Part shown: positions 14,354 to 27,000 of the stretch, one piece after another
How the letters are laid out: each line of letters starts with the position of its first letter
How positions within the stretch are numbered: position 1 is the stretch's first letter
Source: Marsupella aquatica
Lineage: Eukaryota; Plantae; Marchantiophyta
Assembly (NCBI GenBank): GCA_973895155.1
Contig: OZ316894.1
Location: forward strand, 8,518,234-8,582,233
Direction of reading: 5' to 3'
Length of the DNA: 64,000 nucleotides
Position numbers and translations under genes: made by a program
The notes under the pieces: generated by a model
Told to the model about the DNA's origin: nothing
Databases searched by the model: none
The model's input: only the letters and a program-made list of their open reading frames with translations

Positions 14354-15052
14354 CTATTTGAAATCATGTGGTGGCACCTCAGAACCCTCTGGAATGACAT
14401 GGCGATTGCAGTACACCATACGCCATGGTCCAATATCCCACGTTTCTCTACCCTTCACCCCTCTCTTGAGGTGTTTGTCTGCCTCTGGTCCCTCATCCCT
14501 GCACCACGCACGAGGGCACCTACGACAATCGATAAATTCCCAGATGCCATCCCGATACTCTTTGCAAACATCACAATAATGCCTTGGGCATATCAGAGCA
14601 GCGGGATGTGCATCTAAGTTCTCTGCATATCCCAAGAGAGGCAACTCCCTTGCCCTCAGTATGGTCCGCAGACAACCCACGTGATAGAAAGAAAAGCAAT
14701 CATCTTGTGCACATTGAACCACAAGGGGCTCATCTGTAGTGGGCTTTAGGGTTCGGCCAAGTAGTCCACAAGCAAAGCAACGACCTCGGTTCTGCTGGCA
14801 GAGTTCACAGAGCCACTCCTTGGCCCAATCATGCCCTCTAGAAATGGCAATGCGTGTGCACTCAGACCCATGGCCATCAGGCTCCTCGGGATCTTGCCCA
14901 GCAACTAAGTAATGGAAATGACGACTGCAAGGCCCATCGCAAAACAAAACAGTACCTCCCTCATCACATTCAAAACAACAAGGGGGATCCATGCAAAGGT
15001 GCTCTTTATGGGCAAACTTTGGATCCAGCCAGGCAGCAGCAGCTCGTGCCAT
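14354..15052 (-). CDS. EDM2-like composite PHD-finger protein encoded by the CACTA element
   Basis: Intact 232-aa ORF: CFECDEGGTVLFCDGPCSRHFH...C...WLCELC...CFACGLLG...VVQC..DCFSFYHVGC...ICPRHYCDVC...CRRCPRAW...W...MVYCNRH. Colinear with the EDM2/NSD-type PHD cluster. Upstream GT-AG intron at ~15055-15156. Confidence 0.8.
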   Translation of the reverse strand: MARAAAAWLDPKFAHKEHLCMDPPCCFECDEGGTVLFCDGPCSRHFHYLVAGQDPEEPDGHGSECTRIAISRGHDWAKEWLCELCQQNRGRCFACGLLGRTLKPTTDEPLVVQCAQDDCFSFYHVGCLRTILRARELPLLGYAENLDAHPAALICPRHYCDVCKEYRDGIWEFIDCRRCPRAWCRDEGPEADKHLKRGVKGRETWDIGPWRMVYCNRHVIPEGSEVPPHDFK

Positions 15053-17289
15053 GCCTGATGTGATGTGTGGATCTGCACAATTACCTTAAATATTACAAGA
15101 AGTCTAAGGAGAAGGGCAACAAACAAGTACAAAGATGGTATGCGTAGTGTACTTACCGTAATCTGATGTTTAAGTACACGTCAGAAGATGTCCTGCCCAA
15201 CTCAGTCTCACGGAGTAGAAGCAATGTCAAAAATAACTTGGCTCTGGTTTATGTGTTCTGCGCAGAGAGCAACAAGTTAAGCATACTTGGTAAATGTAGT
15301 GATCAATCAAGGAATTACCAATGCTGCCTCTAAATTCCTATGTACTCAATTTCTATTAGAGGTGTTGAGAAACAAACAAAATACGAGAGATTGAGTAGAA
15401 GAGCAAACATGGCTCAATGCAGTGGCTTAGGTAGAACCTCAGCAACAACTCTTACTTTGGTTCATTTAACTCCACGCAGAGCCGGGCTTTTTTCAATGAT
15501 GGATCAACAAAGACATATTATATTCGATGGGATCAACAGACAGACAACGTAATTTTGAATAGCAAAACTTAATCCGAAAAAGTTTTCAATTCAAACACAT
15601 CCTACAAATCACTCCCAACATCTCTTCTAAAGACAATGGGGGTTTCTCAGATAATCTCAACAACAAACCAATAACGATAGTAGACACACGACAATAATGC
15701 AAGCAAAATTGGAGCACGCCCACCTCCACTGGACCCTTGTTAGGTAGCACCACTACCAATCAGAGGTCCAATCTTCCTTAGAATCCTCAAAATTGATGCA
15801 AGCGGAAATGCAGGCAGGAATGCAGCTCCAATCGCACCTTGGCAACAACTAGTCTCTGCAAATATGTAGGTCCAATGTGGTTCCAACACAGGTAAGATTT
15901 GGGAAGAGTCAAAACTATCATGGATCTCCTCATAGCGAGCAAACCTTAGCAGTCACACAGTATTTAGTGGCTACTTTGAAAAAACATTAAAAAAAGTCAA
16001 TGCTCGCAGGTGAAGGAGTAGGATAGAAGGCAAATATATCAATTCTTTCCCTAAGCTTGAGCAAGCAATCCGTCGGAAAAGCAACAGAGACCTACCGCTA
16101 CATAGGAAATTAGATGTTGTCAAACAGAGCTTGGTCTTCAATTCAAAAGAGACCTGGGATAGACAGGACCGCAACTTTTTGTGAGGGAGGGGGGCGCTGA
16201 CTACAACGGATCAAGATTAGCACAACTGACCTTGTAGGCTATTGCAACTCCAATGTCCACCTCCAATTGGCTCAATGTTCAATTCGCAGGAAACAAGTAT
16301 ACTGCACGACATTGCATAGTAAGCACAGTATACCAAAAGGACCATGGCCAGACAATGACAGAAACAAATCAGTGAATATTATACAGGGACTGTGAATCCC
16401 AAGCCAACAAAGCAACAACCCCAACCCTGTACAGAGATCAATAACATTCCAGCAGCTCAAATCTGGTACAAAATGCTGGTATCTTTGTTTTTCATGATTG
16501 AAGAGCAAATTCCAGCAGACAAGGACTCGGAAATGAGAGATAGCAAAGTACCTAATAGCAAGGTACCCGAGGTAGAACATTTAGGCAGGGGTCGGAAATA
16601 GGGACATGCTTACACAAGCTCGATGTACATAACTGAATGACAAATGAGGTTGGGACTAATACTAGGCGCATTGGAAAGGGAGAACTTCAATTTACGATTG
16701 TAAGGGGCAGCATCCAGCAAAGGGGAAGCAAAAGCGCAAAATTTGCAGCATGGCAAAGGGGACAGGAAGCATGAAATCAAAGCATGACCGGCAGGGGGAA
16801 GAAGCACAGTAGGTGGACAGAGAATGCACAACTATCCAAGATACCTCAAAGATGCGCTGTATTTGACGTGGATGAAATGGTAGCAGGTAGCGGCAGTGGT
16901 GTTGCAGCAACTCCCTCCGTAGCTCTAGCCAAAGGCGTAGAGCAGTCTAACTCTCGTTCACGTTGCAGCTCCAACATGCAGGACGGTTAGCATTGCCCAA
17001 GTGCGCACAGCTTGAGCTCCCTTTCACCTGGTTTTTCCCTAATGACAACCCGCGGCCAAAGCTAGTCCCAAACTCAAAAGCCTCCCTATTCACAGTGCAC
17101 AACTTCAAATCAATCCCACCGTCCTCACCGATCAGTCCCACCTCGCGAATGGCTTGCGGATGGAATGCAGAGACTAAGCGCAAGAGACCGGGCCACACTC
17201 CATCCACACTGAAAAGATGGGGAGCAACATGCACGACCTTCAAGAAACATAGGCGCAGCGGACCTCAACTCCTTCGCCCTAAAACGTAA

Positions 17290-17500
17290 TAGCGACCTCA
17301 CAACGACCTCACAACAGCGACCTCGTAGCAGCGACCTCACAGCAGTGCCCTTGCACCTCAACTCACTGCTCAGCACCGAGCTTGCGCGTAGCAGCGACCT
17401 CGCACTTCAACTCACCGCTCAGCCCCGATCTTCAGTAGCAACCTTGCACCTCAACTCGCAGCAGTGACCTGACTCGCACCTCCACTCGCTACTCAACTTC
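17290..17500. repeat. Short degenerate tandem repeats (GCGACCTCACAA / GCACCTCAACTC) in the CACTA leader
   Basis: Repeated 12-14-bp motifs visible directly in the sequence. Confidence 0.7.
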
Positions 17501-18179
17501 ACGAGAATACCTAACTCCCAACGTGAACTTGTGACTTGTGTGACCGGTGTGACTGAACGGGTGACCCTAAACCCAGGTCTGAATTTCTTATGGGAAAATG
17601 GGATCCAAGGAAGATAGGGCCAGGGCATGACAGGATGACACATGGTTGGCAAATAAGGCTTTGGGACACCAACAGGAATTTTACTGGGATGTTGAGGGTA
17701 GTAATGGAGTCAATCTCCAGGTTCCATAATACCCCTCTAACATTATTATCCCCTCGCCAATCAATTTTAGGAGATGGAGGAAGTTTGGGGCGAAATGCTT
17801 TTTTGATGACACAAATACTTGTCACAAGTATGTATTACCATTTACAATAACCAATGACTCAAAAACTTAATGTACTGGTGGCCTTTGAAACCCATTGATG
17901 TGGAAACCTAGGTGCCAAAATTCCCAAATAGTATATGCATGTAACACAAAACAAATTACAAACATATGCATAGGTTTAGGATGTACATCCTCATTGACAC
18001 GTCACAATTACCTAAGTGAGGAAGTCATTTGGTGGACATTCTCATAAAATTAGTCACTCACATATTAAATCACTAATCTCATAGTCCCCAGTCCTAGGGT
18101 TGACAACATAAATGACTTGTTTTGATGTCATTGCCCAAAACTTAAACTCACGGCACTCCATAATAGCCAAATCCAATAC

Positions 18180-19330
18180 ATTCTTTGTGGGTAGCATCCT
18201 TAATGGTGGGCTCCTATCACCAATCTGACCAATCCCGCATCCAAGCCCCCAAAGAGTCATATTGTCCATGGCATGCGTGACTGCCGCATTGCCATCAACA
18301 ATGACTCATTTTCATGTCAAATGCATAAATGACATATTAGAGGACTGCACAAATCACCAAAAAGTGCACTCACTCGCAAAATGACTCGGAATCCCTTGGG
18401 TATAACCAAATGGGAGTGATATGGACCACTTTAGGTAAACGACTCCAAAGTCATACAACTTGGGAGTGTTTTGCCCAAAGTTGGGTGACTCCCTTCCAAG
18501 GTGCAAAAATTTTGCTACAAAAAACCTTTAGGAGGCAAAGTGGCATAACTAGTGGCGTAAGGTTTGAGAGTACCCTATCCCGCACCATGTGGAGTGAATA
18601 GCATCCCTAATGGCCGGCTACGATCACAAATATTGCCAATCAGCCCCCGACGGCCCAAACAAGTCATATTACCCATGGCATGCATGACTTCAACATTGAC
18701 ATCATGAATGACTGCGTTTTGTGTCATTTGCATGAATGACGTCTCTCGGCACTCCCAAAATGACAAAACCCTTAGTCACGTGCACAAATGACTCTAATTC
18801 CTTTCCAAATGACCAAGCAATAGTGGTTTGCACCCCTTCAAGAAAATGACTCCAAAGTCATACAACTTGGGAGTGTTTTGCCCAAAGTTGGGTGATGCTC
18901 TTCCAAGGTGCAAAATGTGTGTTTTGAAGGTGCAAAAGACTGCATAAATGACAAAAATATTCATTCACACGCACAAATGACCCAAAATCCTTTACAAATG
19001 ACAAAATGAGTGTGGTTTGCAACTGTTTGGGCAAATGACTCCAAAGTCATACAACTTGCAAGTGTTTTGCCAAAAGTTGGGTGATGCCCTTTCAAGGTGC
19101 AAAAGTTGGGTCATAAAAACTATAGCGAGGCCAAATCCCGATAACTAGTGGCCCAGAGTTTATGCCTTCTACATCCCGCACCATGTGGAGTGGGTAGCAT
19201 CCCTAATGGTTGGCCCCTATCATCATTATGGCCAATCAGACACCGGAGGCCCTTAGGAGTCATATTGTGCATGACATACATGATCACAACATTGACATCC
19301 CAAATGATTTATTTTCATGTCATTTAGTGG
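18180..19330. repeat. Complex internal direct repeats of the CACTA right arm
   Basis: GACTCCAAAGTCATACAACTTGGGAGTGTTTTGCCCAAAGTTGGGTGA at ~18441, ~18849 and ~19038. A TAGCATCCCTAATGG block occurs at ~18193, ~18599 and ~19195. Confidence 0.85.
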
Positions 19331-21571
19331 CACTTGCCAAATGACTAGAAAGTTGAGTGAAAGCATAAATGACTTACAATTCTTTGCAAATAACAGTCCG
19401 CGTAATTGGAAAAATGACAATAGCAAATACAGGCATCTAGCACCTAAACCCTAAACCTACACCAGATAATGTTATCTGTTAAGTCTAAATATATTTAAAA
19501 TATAATTTGTGTGTGCCCCTAGTCTTTATAGTACCATGCGTGTTGGATAGCTAATATATAATATCCTACAAAGTTAAATCATATACTAAAACCCTAGACC
19601 TCAAAATAGTCATATATGTTGTGGGAGAAATGAGACAAAGAGTTGGTTCCATCTTTACTCTTGGTAGAATATGTACATGTGGCTACGGCCTAAGTAGTTA
19701 GGGTAGTTACATAGGTAGTTATCCCAAAGGTAGACTTAACTCAAGTATGAGTTACAACACTCCCCCTTTGTAACATTGGGGTTGAAATGTTACAATCAAG
19801 AGTCTACTTTGGGTATATTCAGTGGTATACAATAGGTTTTGTTTATGTCTAGCCTATTTTATAAATGGTGTAGCCATCTCAAGTCTACTATAAATGAATG
19901 TCAAGCTTCTCCTAATAGATGTCTTATAATTCATGTTGCATGGTAGAGTGTAAGTGGGGGATGTAACCTCATTAAAACCTCCCCTACTTTCTTTGTGGGA
20001 GGAAAGAGTATTACCATCCCCATGGGTGAAACATAATTGGGTTTAAGCATATAGTGTATGTGTAATTTCTACAAAGTCTCTTAAGGTGCTTGTCAGTACT
20101 ATAGGCTGGTTGAGGATCTTCCTTAGTTGATTGTTTCTCGTGTCTCCTTCCAATCGGGAAATGGATACTCCTTGATGGTCACCGATTACATGCCATGACA
20201 AAGTAAAGTATTAGTACAAAATGAAGATGATATGGTGTAATCCATGGCCTTGGAATTGGATTGGGTGTCTAACCCTAGATTTGGTGTGGGCATAACCTAT
20301 TTGCACCACATCACGTACCATATCCACAACATAGGGTTATCATATTGGGGTATGGCGCACCATCTCTTATGGTGCCTTACCATGCCATGTCTCACCTTAT
20401 GGTACCTTATGACCTGGTATTGTACCTCATATTATCATATGGTACTTTAATATCCAGTATACCTCATCAAGTATTGGTAAGTGATTGTGTTAACACCATG
20501 TTCAATCATTTATAAAAATTCCTTAGATTTCATGATTTGCCATATGCATGGAATAGAGTTCCATTTTTAGGTATTCATTGGTGCGAAAGGCACTTGTGCA
20601 ATAGGCACATCCCATGGGTTACATTGCTTGATGTCAAGTCTTACTTGAGGTCTCCCCCTCAATTTGTCATTTATTTTTCCTTTCTGGCTGGGTGTGCAGT
20701 AGGCACCCATTTGCTTCCATGTGCAGTAGGCACGTTGGGAAAAACAATTCTCCCCCTGAATTTATGAAATTAATTGGTGGAAGTAATCATCATTTGTCGC
20801 CATGTAGGTTCTGTAATTTAGTTTCTTTCTTTATACTTCATGCCTTGTTGTTTGGTTTTTCTTGCCTTTTGAAGAGAAAGTCTCTTTGTTCTTTAGTTCT
20901 CCATTACTTAGTGTAAAATGGTCTTCTTAGAAGAAAATGTGGAGGACTTTCCTTTGGTTTGATGGCTTCTCTTTGTTTGCCTCCTTTGCCCGGCGTCTCG
21001 TCTGTAGCCTGTACCACGATCTCCGTCTGCATTGGACGTCCTTCTCTCTCCTGGCGTTCCTCACGTTCTCTCTTTGGTTTTTCGGGTTTGTGCTTCTTTC
21101 AATGTTCTTGGATTTATCCTCCTTGCCTTTGGTGCTTATTGTTTCTCCTCTGTCTCGCATTCTTTCCTTCAAAGTTTTCTCCCTTCGCGTTTGATCATGG
21201 TCTGTCTTTATATGTTCGCGATGCTGCCTGCCTTGCTCACGATCTGCGTTCGATTTCTGTAGTGTCTTCTCTCCTCTTATCTTTTCAATTGGGAATTAGG
21301 CGTAACTATGGGTGTTCCTTATGAATCAAGCTTCCGTATGGGGTCGCCTTCACGGACTGGAAGTAGGAGGTCTGATGACTCATTCCAAAACTTGTTCCAA
21401 AATGCAGATGCGTTAGTATAACCACGTATCATCTCGGCAAACGCCCAGTGTGCCTCACTTGGCCCCCGAAACCAAAACATTTTGCGCCTGTCGAGAGAGC
21501 TTCACAAATATGATTGACGGAAACTTCCCTACATGTCGTCGATCTTGAATGACGGAGCATGCTTCATCTTG

Positions 21572-22317
21572 TTATCGAATTGTAACGTAACGGTTAGTTC
21601 CATGCTTTGCCCAGTGCTCCTTCAAATCGACAGGATAATTTACATTTATCCCTTCGGAGCCGAGTTGTTCCAAAAAGTTCATGGAGATCATAGTAGTGCA
21701 ACGCGAGGACTGCCAGCCCCCGTTACCCCATCTGTAACACTGCTGTCTCACACCTATACAGGAGCAGTGGGGAATAGGGTATCGCACATTATCAACGTCG
21801 TGAACATCATCGTTCGGGCCCTTCAGGTAATCGGCCTTGTCGCTATCTCCAAGCTCCAAACGATGCTCCTGGGGAGAACGACATGATCTTTTCGAACGCA
21901 CTGTGCGATCGAGCGTAGATTTCACTATTAGCTTCCTCTTCCTAGGAAACCCACAAACTGACTCTTTTGGCGTCGCCGATCTTGCCAAGGTCACTTTGCT
22001 CTTGAACAACAACACTGTACCGTGTGGAAGACAAGGGAGCCTAATGAAAAACTCCTACAATAGTACAATTCTTTTCATACTCAGCGGATGGAAGAGCTTT
22101 GAATCTTTCACCAATGGCCTCTTTTGGACAAGGGTGTTTTGTTCGCTGAAATATCAAGAGCTGTAACAGCAGCATCGCGTTCCTCCATGGCGGAATCTCG
22201 ATCAACGTAAGCTACATCACATAGCAGAAGAGCAGCGTCTCTCTCCTCATATGCAGCTATTCTCTCCGTGATAGCCAAATTTTGCTCCAAGATAGTTGCA
22301 TCCCGTGCGGCTATCAT
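21572..22317 (-). pseudogene. BPC: Captured class II BBR/BPC (BASIC PENTACYSTEINE, GAGA-binding) gene, degenerate
   Basis: Alanine zipper IAARDATILEQNLAITERIAAYEERDAALL...RDSAMEERDAAVTAL. C-terminal PIPHCSCIGVRQQCYRWGNGGWQSSRCTTMISM...VDLKEHWAKHGTNRYVTIR*. The middle has frameshifts or stops, and there is an internal deletion. Confidence 0.9.
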
Positions 22318-23444
22318 TGGCTATCGAGCGAGGCCTGCCCCTATGAGGTCGCGATGTCCTAATCGAATTCTTCTTTCTGCTTTTTGATTGTCTTCTCTCT
22401 ATTGCTGTCGTCTTGCTCTTCTTATCCTTTTCACCCTGGAGGGGGATGCTGCTTTTCAGGATCGGTTACTCTCGAAGGGCGAAGGACTCATCAATGACTG
22501 ACGAAGAATGTAATCTTGTGATCCTCGGTTGGGGATAGACTTCCGTTCTGTTCTACATTCTTCTTGAGTTCTCTTTGAATCTTCTAAGAAAAATTTCCTT
22601 ATCTCCTGCTATCCTTACGAGTTCCTTATGGAATTGAGGCTGTGATCTGTGCCTTGGATCGGTTTGCTTGTGTGATGATCTCGCTGCCTGAAGTGGAGGT
22701 CGCTACTTTCTATGGTCTGCAAGTCGCGACTTTCTTCACTTGCCTCTTTTCGCACTTCTTACGCGATTGCTCCAAATCCTTCTTTCGTTTTCCAGTGATG
22801 CGACCAACGGGTTTAATTTCCCATGTTTGTCCTGCTTTTCTGTCAGCATAGTGTCGGGAAAGCGTAGTGTCGGGAAAGAAATCACAACATCCTGTTACTG
22901 CTTCATCCATTTCGAATGCCTCCAGCGGTAGACTCGAGTAGAACTGGAAGCAAACACAGGAAACAGAGTAGATTGTCGTACTCCAATCTGTTGTGCGCTC
23001 ACGACCAGCCGTCAGTGAGCTGGTGTTCGCTAGAAATGTTATCAATCAAAGATGTAGTTGGTGTGAGGGTCTTGCTCGCCAGGGAATGAGAAAACACCTT
23101 GGCCACCAACTTCCGACTCCTCAAAATGGCTGGAGTTCCAATCGCTGGCTCATTTCCAGATTCGTGAGCGCGTCAACAACACTGGCTCTGACTGACTGTT
23201 GCTGTTGCCTTACTGCTGTACCGACTTGAAAAGCGTGCACCGAATAAGATGGCGCCTTGATATTCAATTCACCATAGCCGGGATCAATTCTTCCTTGGCC
23301 TTACTCCCAAAGAAAAATTGCTCGCGCAGCGCTTCAAGCAGCTCTCGCAAAAAAAACTTTGGCACATTCGAATCACATCTTTTCCTTCTTTCTTCGTCTT
23401 AGAGTGAATCAGTCATGGCCTAAAAAATTCAGCCAATCTTAGGC

Positions 23445-23458
23445 TCGTGCTGATAACG
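23445..23458 (-). promoter_or_regulatory. Primer-binding site complementary to the anticodon arm of tRNA-Ile (half-tRNA priming)
   Basis: Plus-strand TCGTGCTGATAACG versus the plant tRNA-Ile(AAU) arm TCGTGCTAATAACG, recalled from memory. It sits directly against the 5' LTR. Confidence 0.75.
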
Positions 23459-24000
23459 TGTTGTGGGAGAAATGAGACAAAGAGTTGGTTCCATCTTTAC
23501 TCTTGGTAGAATATGTACATGTGGCTACGGCCTAAGTAGTTAGGGTAGTTACATAGGTAGTTATCCCAAAGGTAGACTTAACTCAAGTATGAGTTACAAC
23601 AATATATTGTTTATCATGTCATTTATCACTTTAGGTTTAAATGACTACTAAAATTTTTAAACATTGATATTTCCATATTTGTTTTAGTAGTCATTAGTCA
23701 CCGTCGTCCTAAATGACTTCCCAAATGTCAAACATTGATATGACAAGGTTATTGTCATTTGTGTCATTGACAAAGATTGTCCAAAATGACTACAACTCAT
23801 TGGTGTTGTCATTATAGTAGTCACGGTCATTTGGCTCATTGGTTTAAATGACCCTATTGCAATTATTAGTCATTTTTTTCACCCTGTCATTATAGACAGT
23901 CATTTATGTGTCATTCATGTCCTGTCATTAAAATATATTGTCATTTGGGCACAACGGTCATATGTGTCATAGTCATAAAAGGCCCCATTTTCTACTAGTG

Positions 24001-27000
24001 AAATGATTTTACCAACCATCCGGCAATAAAGATGAGCATCGACAGGAGGAGCAGACGAGTCAGTAGAGAGCACGGTGCCAGTTGGTAAGGGAGTAAGGGC
24101 AGGAGTGCAAGAATCCATGTTGAACTCTTGTAGAATTTCTTTGCAATAACTATGTTGATGAATTGTAATGCCAACGTCGGATGTATCAAATTCAATACCT
24201 AAGTATTTCTGAATCGGGCCAAGGTCCTTCATGCTAAAATGTTGACGTAGCTCAGCTTGGTGTGAAGCAGTGACAGCGTCATTACTGCCAGTGATATAAA
24301 AATCATCAACATGAGTAAGAAGTATAGTGAGATCAGTCCCAACATGAATGTAGTAAAGATTGTTATCAAGCATGCTACGTGACCAACCAAGCTTGGTTAG
24401 GAGGGCATGTAACGTGTCGTACCAAGCCTTCGAAGATTGTCAAAGACCATAGAGAGAGTTATTCAGGAGACAAACCAAATGTTCTTTACCCCGAAGACGA
24501 TGACCAGGAGGTTGTCGCATATAAATCTTTTCATGAACTTTGCTGTTGAGAAATGATGTATCAACGTCCATGTGAATTATAGTCCAGCCATGAGAAGCCG
24601 CAATGGCAGTGATGGTGCGAAGAGTAGCCCATTTAACCACGGGAGCAAAAGTCTCAAAATAATCAATGCCATGTTGTTGATAATTGCCTTTAGCAACAAG
24701 ACGAGCTTTGAGGCGAGCATGTGTAGCTGAGATGGGCTTGCGTTTGTAAACCCACATAGACGGAATGGCCACTTTGCCGGGAGGTAATTCAACCAAGGAC
24801 CAAGTATTAGTTTTGTGGATGGAATCAAGTTCTTCGCCCAAAGCTGCAGACCAGCCTGGATGTAATAGGGCCTGTTTGAGAGAAATATTGTCACTGACAG
24901 TCGGATCATCAGTTTCGATAGCACAAGCCAAAAGTTCGAGTGGAGGTGGTTGAGCATGGAACCCAAGAAGTCGAGAGCTGTGGGAACGGAGCCTGCCAGA
25001 ACATCTTGGTCCAAAAGAAATTGAAGCATCTGCGGTTGGAATCGCAACAGTCAGAATCAATAACCAAGTCATCAGGTGGTTGATCTGGAGGACAGTCGTC
25101 CACATCTGGACCTGAAGCAGGAACGTCGAGGGTTTCAGCAGCTGGAGTAGAGTGATCAAATGACGATAGGTCCCCAAAATCAAGAGAAGTCGGGATCGGT
25201 CCAGTAACAACAGAAATTCCAAGTTCAGTTTCATCAAAATGAACATCTCTACTAATGAGGATTTTACATCTAAGAGGTGAATAACAACGATAACCCTTGG
25301 TGTTGGAATCATAGCCAACAAATATGGCCTTAATTGACTTGGGTTCGAGTTTGGACCGAAGGTGAGCAGGAACATGTAAGTAAGCAGAACAGCCAATGAT
25401 ACGTAGGTGACTAACATCGGGTTTAACACCAAGAAGCTGCTCATAAGGGGTGGTCTTATACAGAGCACGAGTAGAGCAACGATTGATGATGTATGTAGCA
25501 GATAGAACCATTTCTTCCCAAAGGGTAGCTGGAAGGTGTGCACCAAAACAAAGGCTACGAGCTGCTTCTAATAAAGTATGATTTTTTTGTTCTGATAAAC
25601 CATTCTGGTGTGGGGTGTAAGCCACAGTGAGTTGACAGAATATGCCTTTTTCACAACAAAATTGCTGGAAATCAGAGGAAAGATACTTGCCACCCCGGTC
25701 TGTACGCAAACAGCCAATCTGGGAGCAAAACTGATTCTCAACAGAAGCATTAAATTGCTTAAAAGAAGCAAGAACCTCTGATTTGAAACGGAGAAAGAAA
25801 GTCCAAGTATATCTTGTGAAATCATCAGTGAACATGAGAACATAGCGAGACCTAGTGAGAGACGGAACGCGAGCTGGTCCCCAAACATCTGAGTGGACAA
25901 GCTCAAATGGTCTGGTGGTTTGAGTTTTGGTATGTTTAAGAACTCGTTCACGAGTTTGCTTAGCTTCCATGTAGGTACAACAAATAGTCATTACGGGTGA
26001 TAGAAGAGGTACCCCATCAACCAGTTTGCTAGAGCTCATGTGAGATAACTTTTGGTAGTGAATGTGTCCAAGACGACGATGCCAAAGCTCTGCATCAGAA
26101 GTTGGGGTAGTGACAATGTGACATTGCGGGTCCAAAAGATGATCTGGCTGCTTCGGTGGAGGTTTACGGACCAAGGTATATAGACGACTTATAGGGTCAC
26201 GTATGCCTTGCAAACAAATTTGACGATGTTGATTGAAGACACGACACTCTGAGGATGTAAAACATATAGTGTATCCTAGATCCGCCACATTGCCAACTGA
26301 GAGCAGACTACGCCTAGCACGCGGCACATACAAAACATTTGAAATTTTATTGTCATCAAAAATGAGGGTGCCCTTGCCCTTGATGTCCAAAGTGGTTCCT
26401 CCGGCAGTGGCAACAGAAGAACCGGAAGAAGATGGTACAAAGTTGGTGAGGCCAACTGAATCACCAGTGAGGTGAGTGTTGGCTCCGGAATCAAAGATCC
26501 ATTCTAGATTAGGAGGTGTTGCTAGAACTGACGTAAAATTGGCTTCAAGAACCTGATCAAGAACCTGGTCAGCAGTGATTCCAGTGTCAATCTCAGTAGC
26601 ATCAAAGTATTCTTCGGTAGCTATGTTGCGTTGTGCAACATCAAGATTTTTTTCAACGAGATTGGCAGTACGCCCAGGTCCAATATTGGCATTACCCATG
26701 CGAGCAGTAAGACGTTGGAGTTCAGATTCTAGACCATGAAAAGGGCAGGTGCGAGCAATGTGAGTTGGATCACCACAAGTGAAACAGACAACACCACCTC
26801 GGCCTCCTCCAATAGCATTGTTGTATGCTGGAAAACCTCGTCCCCCTGCCATAGTGTTGTTGTAAGCAGGAAGACGACCACGTCCTCCTCTACCACCACG
26901 TCCACCAAGGATGGGTCCTCGACGGTTGTAACCACGTCCACCTGCATTGTTGGGACGTGCAAATTGTGGCTGGAATGTACAAGCAAAAAATGCTTCCTCT

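Larger units (their letters stand above)
19617..23601 (-). mobile_element. Non-autonomous LTR retrotransposon (Bianca-like copia derivative) carrying a captured BPC gene
   Basis: Identical 143-bp TG...CA LTRs (19617-19759, 23459-23601) and TSD ATATA. PPT AGGGGGAG at 19760-19767 (minus) and PBS CGTTATCAGCACGA. No recognisable gag/pol. Confidence 0.93.
4058..24000 (-). mobile_element. CACTA (En/Spm) DNA transposon, ~19.9 kb including nested insertions
   Basis: TIRs CACTAGTGGAAAAT / ATTTTCTACTAGTG and a 3-bp TSD AAA (4055-4057, 24001-24003). Both ends have dense ATGAC/GTCAT subterminal repeats, and it encodes a Tnp2 transposase. Removing it restores the copia RT frame (MVGKIIYLTNSRPDLS). Confidence 0.97.

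Noticed and set aside
18440-19090. Three 48-bp direct repeats with intervening DNA, superficially CRISPR-like
   Set aside because: Spacing is irregular (200-400 bp), the intervening DNA is itself repeated, the context is a eukaryotic CACTA arm, and there are no cas genes.
20927-21324. Hydrophobic or Lys/Arg-rich ORFs inside the inner LTR element (possible env-like gene)
   Set aside because: Low-complexity CT-rich DNA gives overlapping ORFs in several frames with no recognisable motif.
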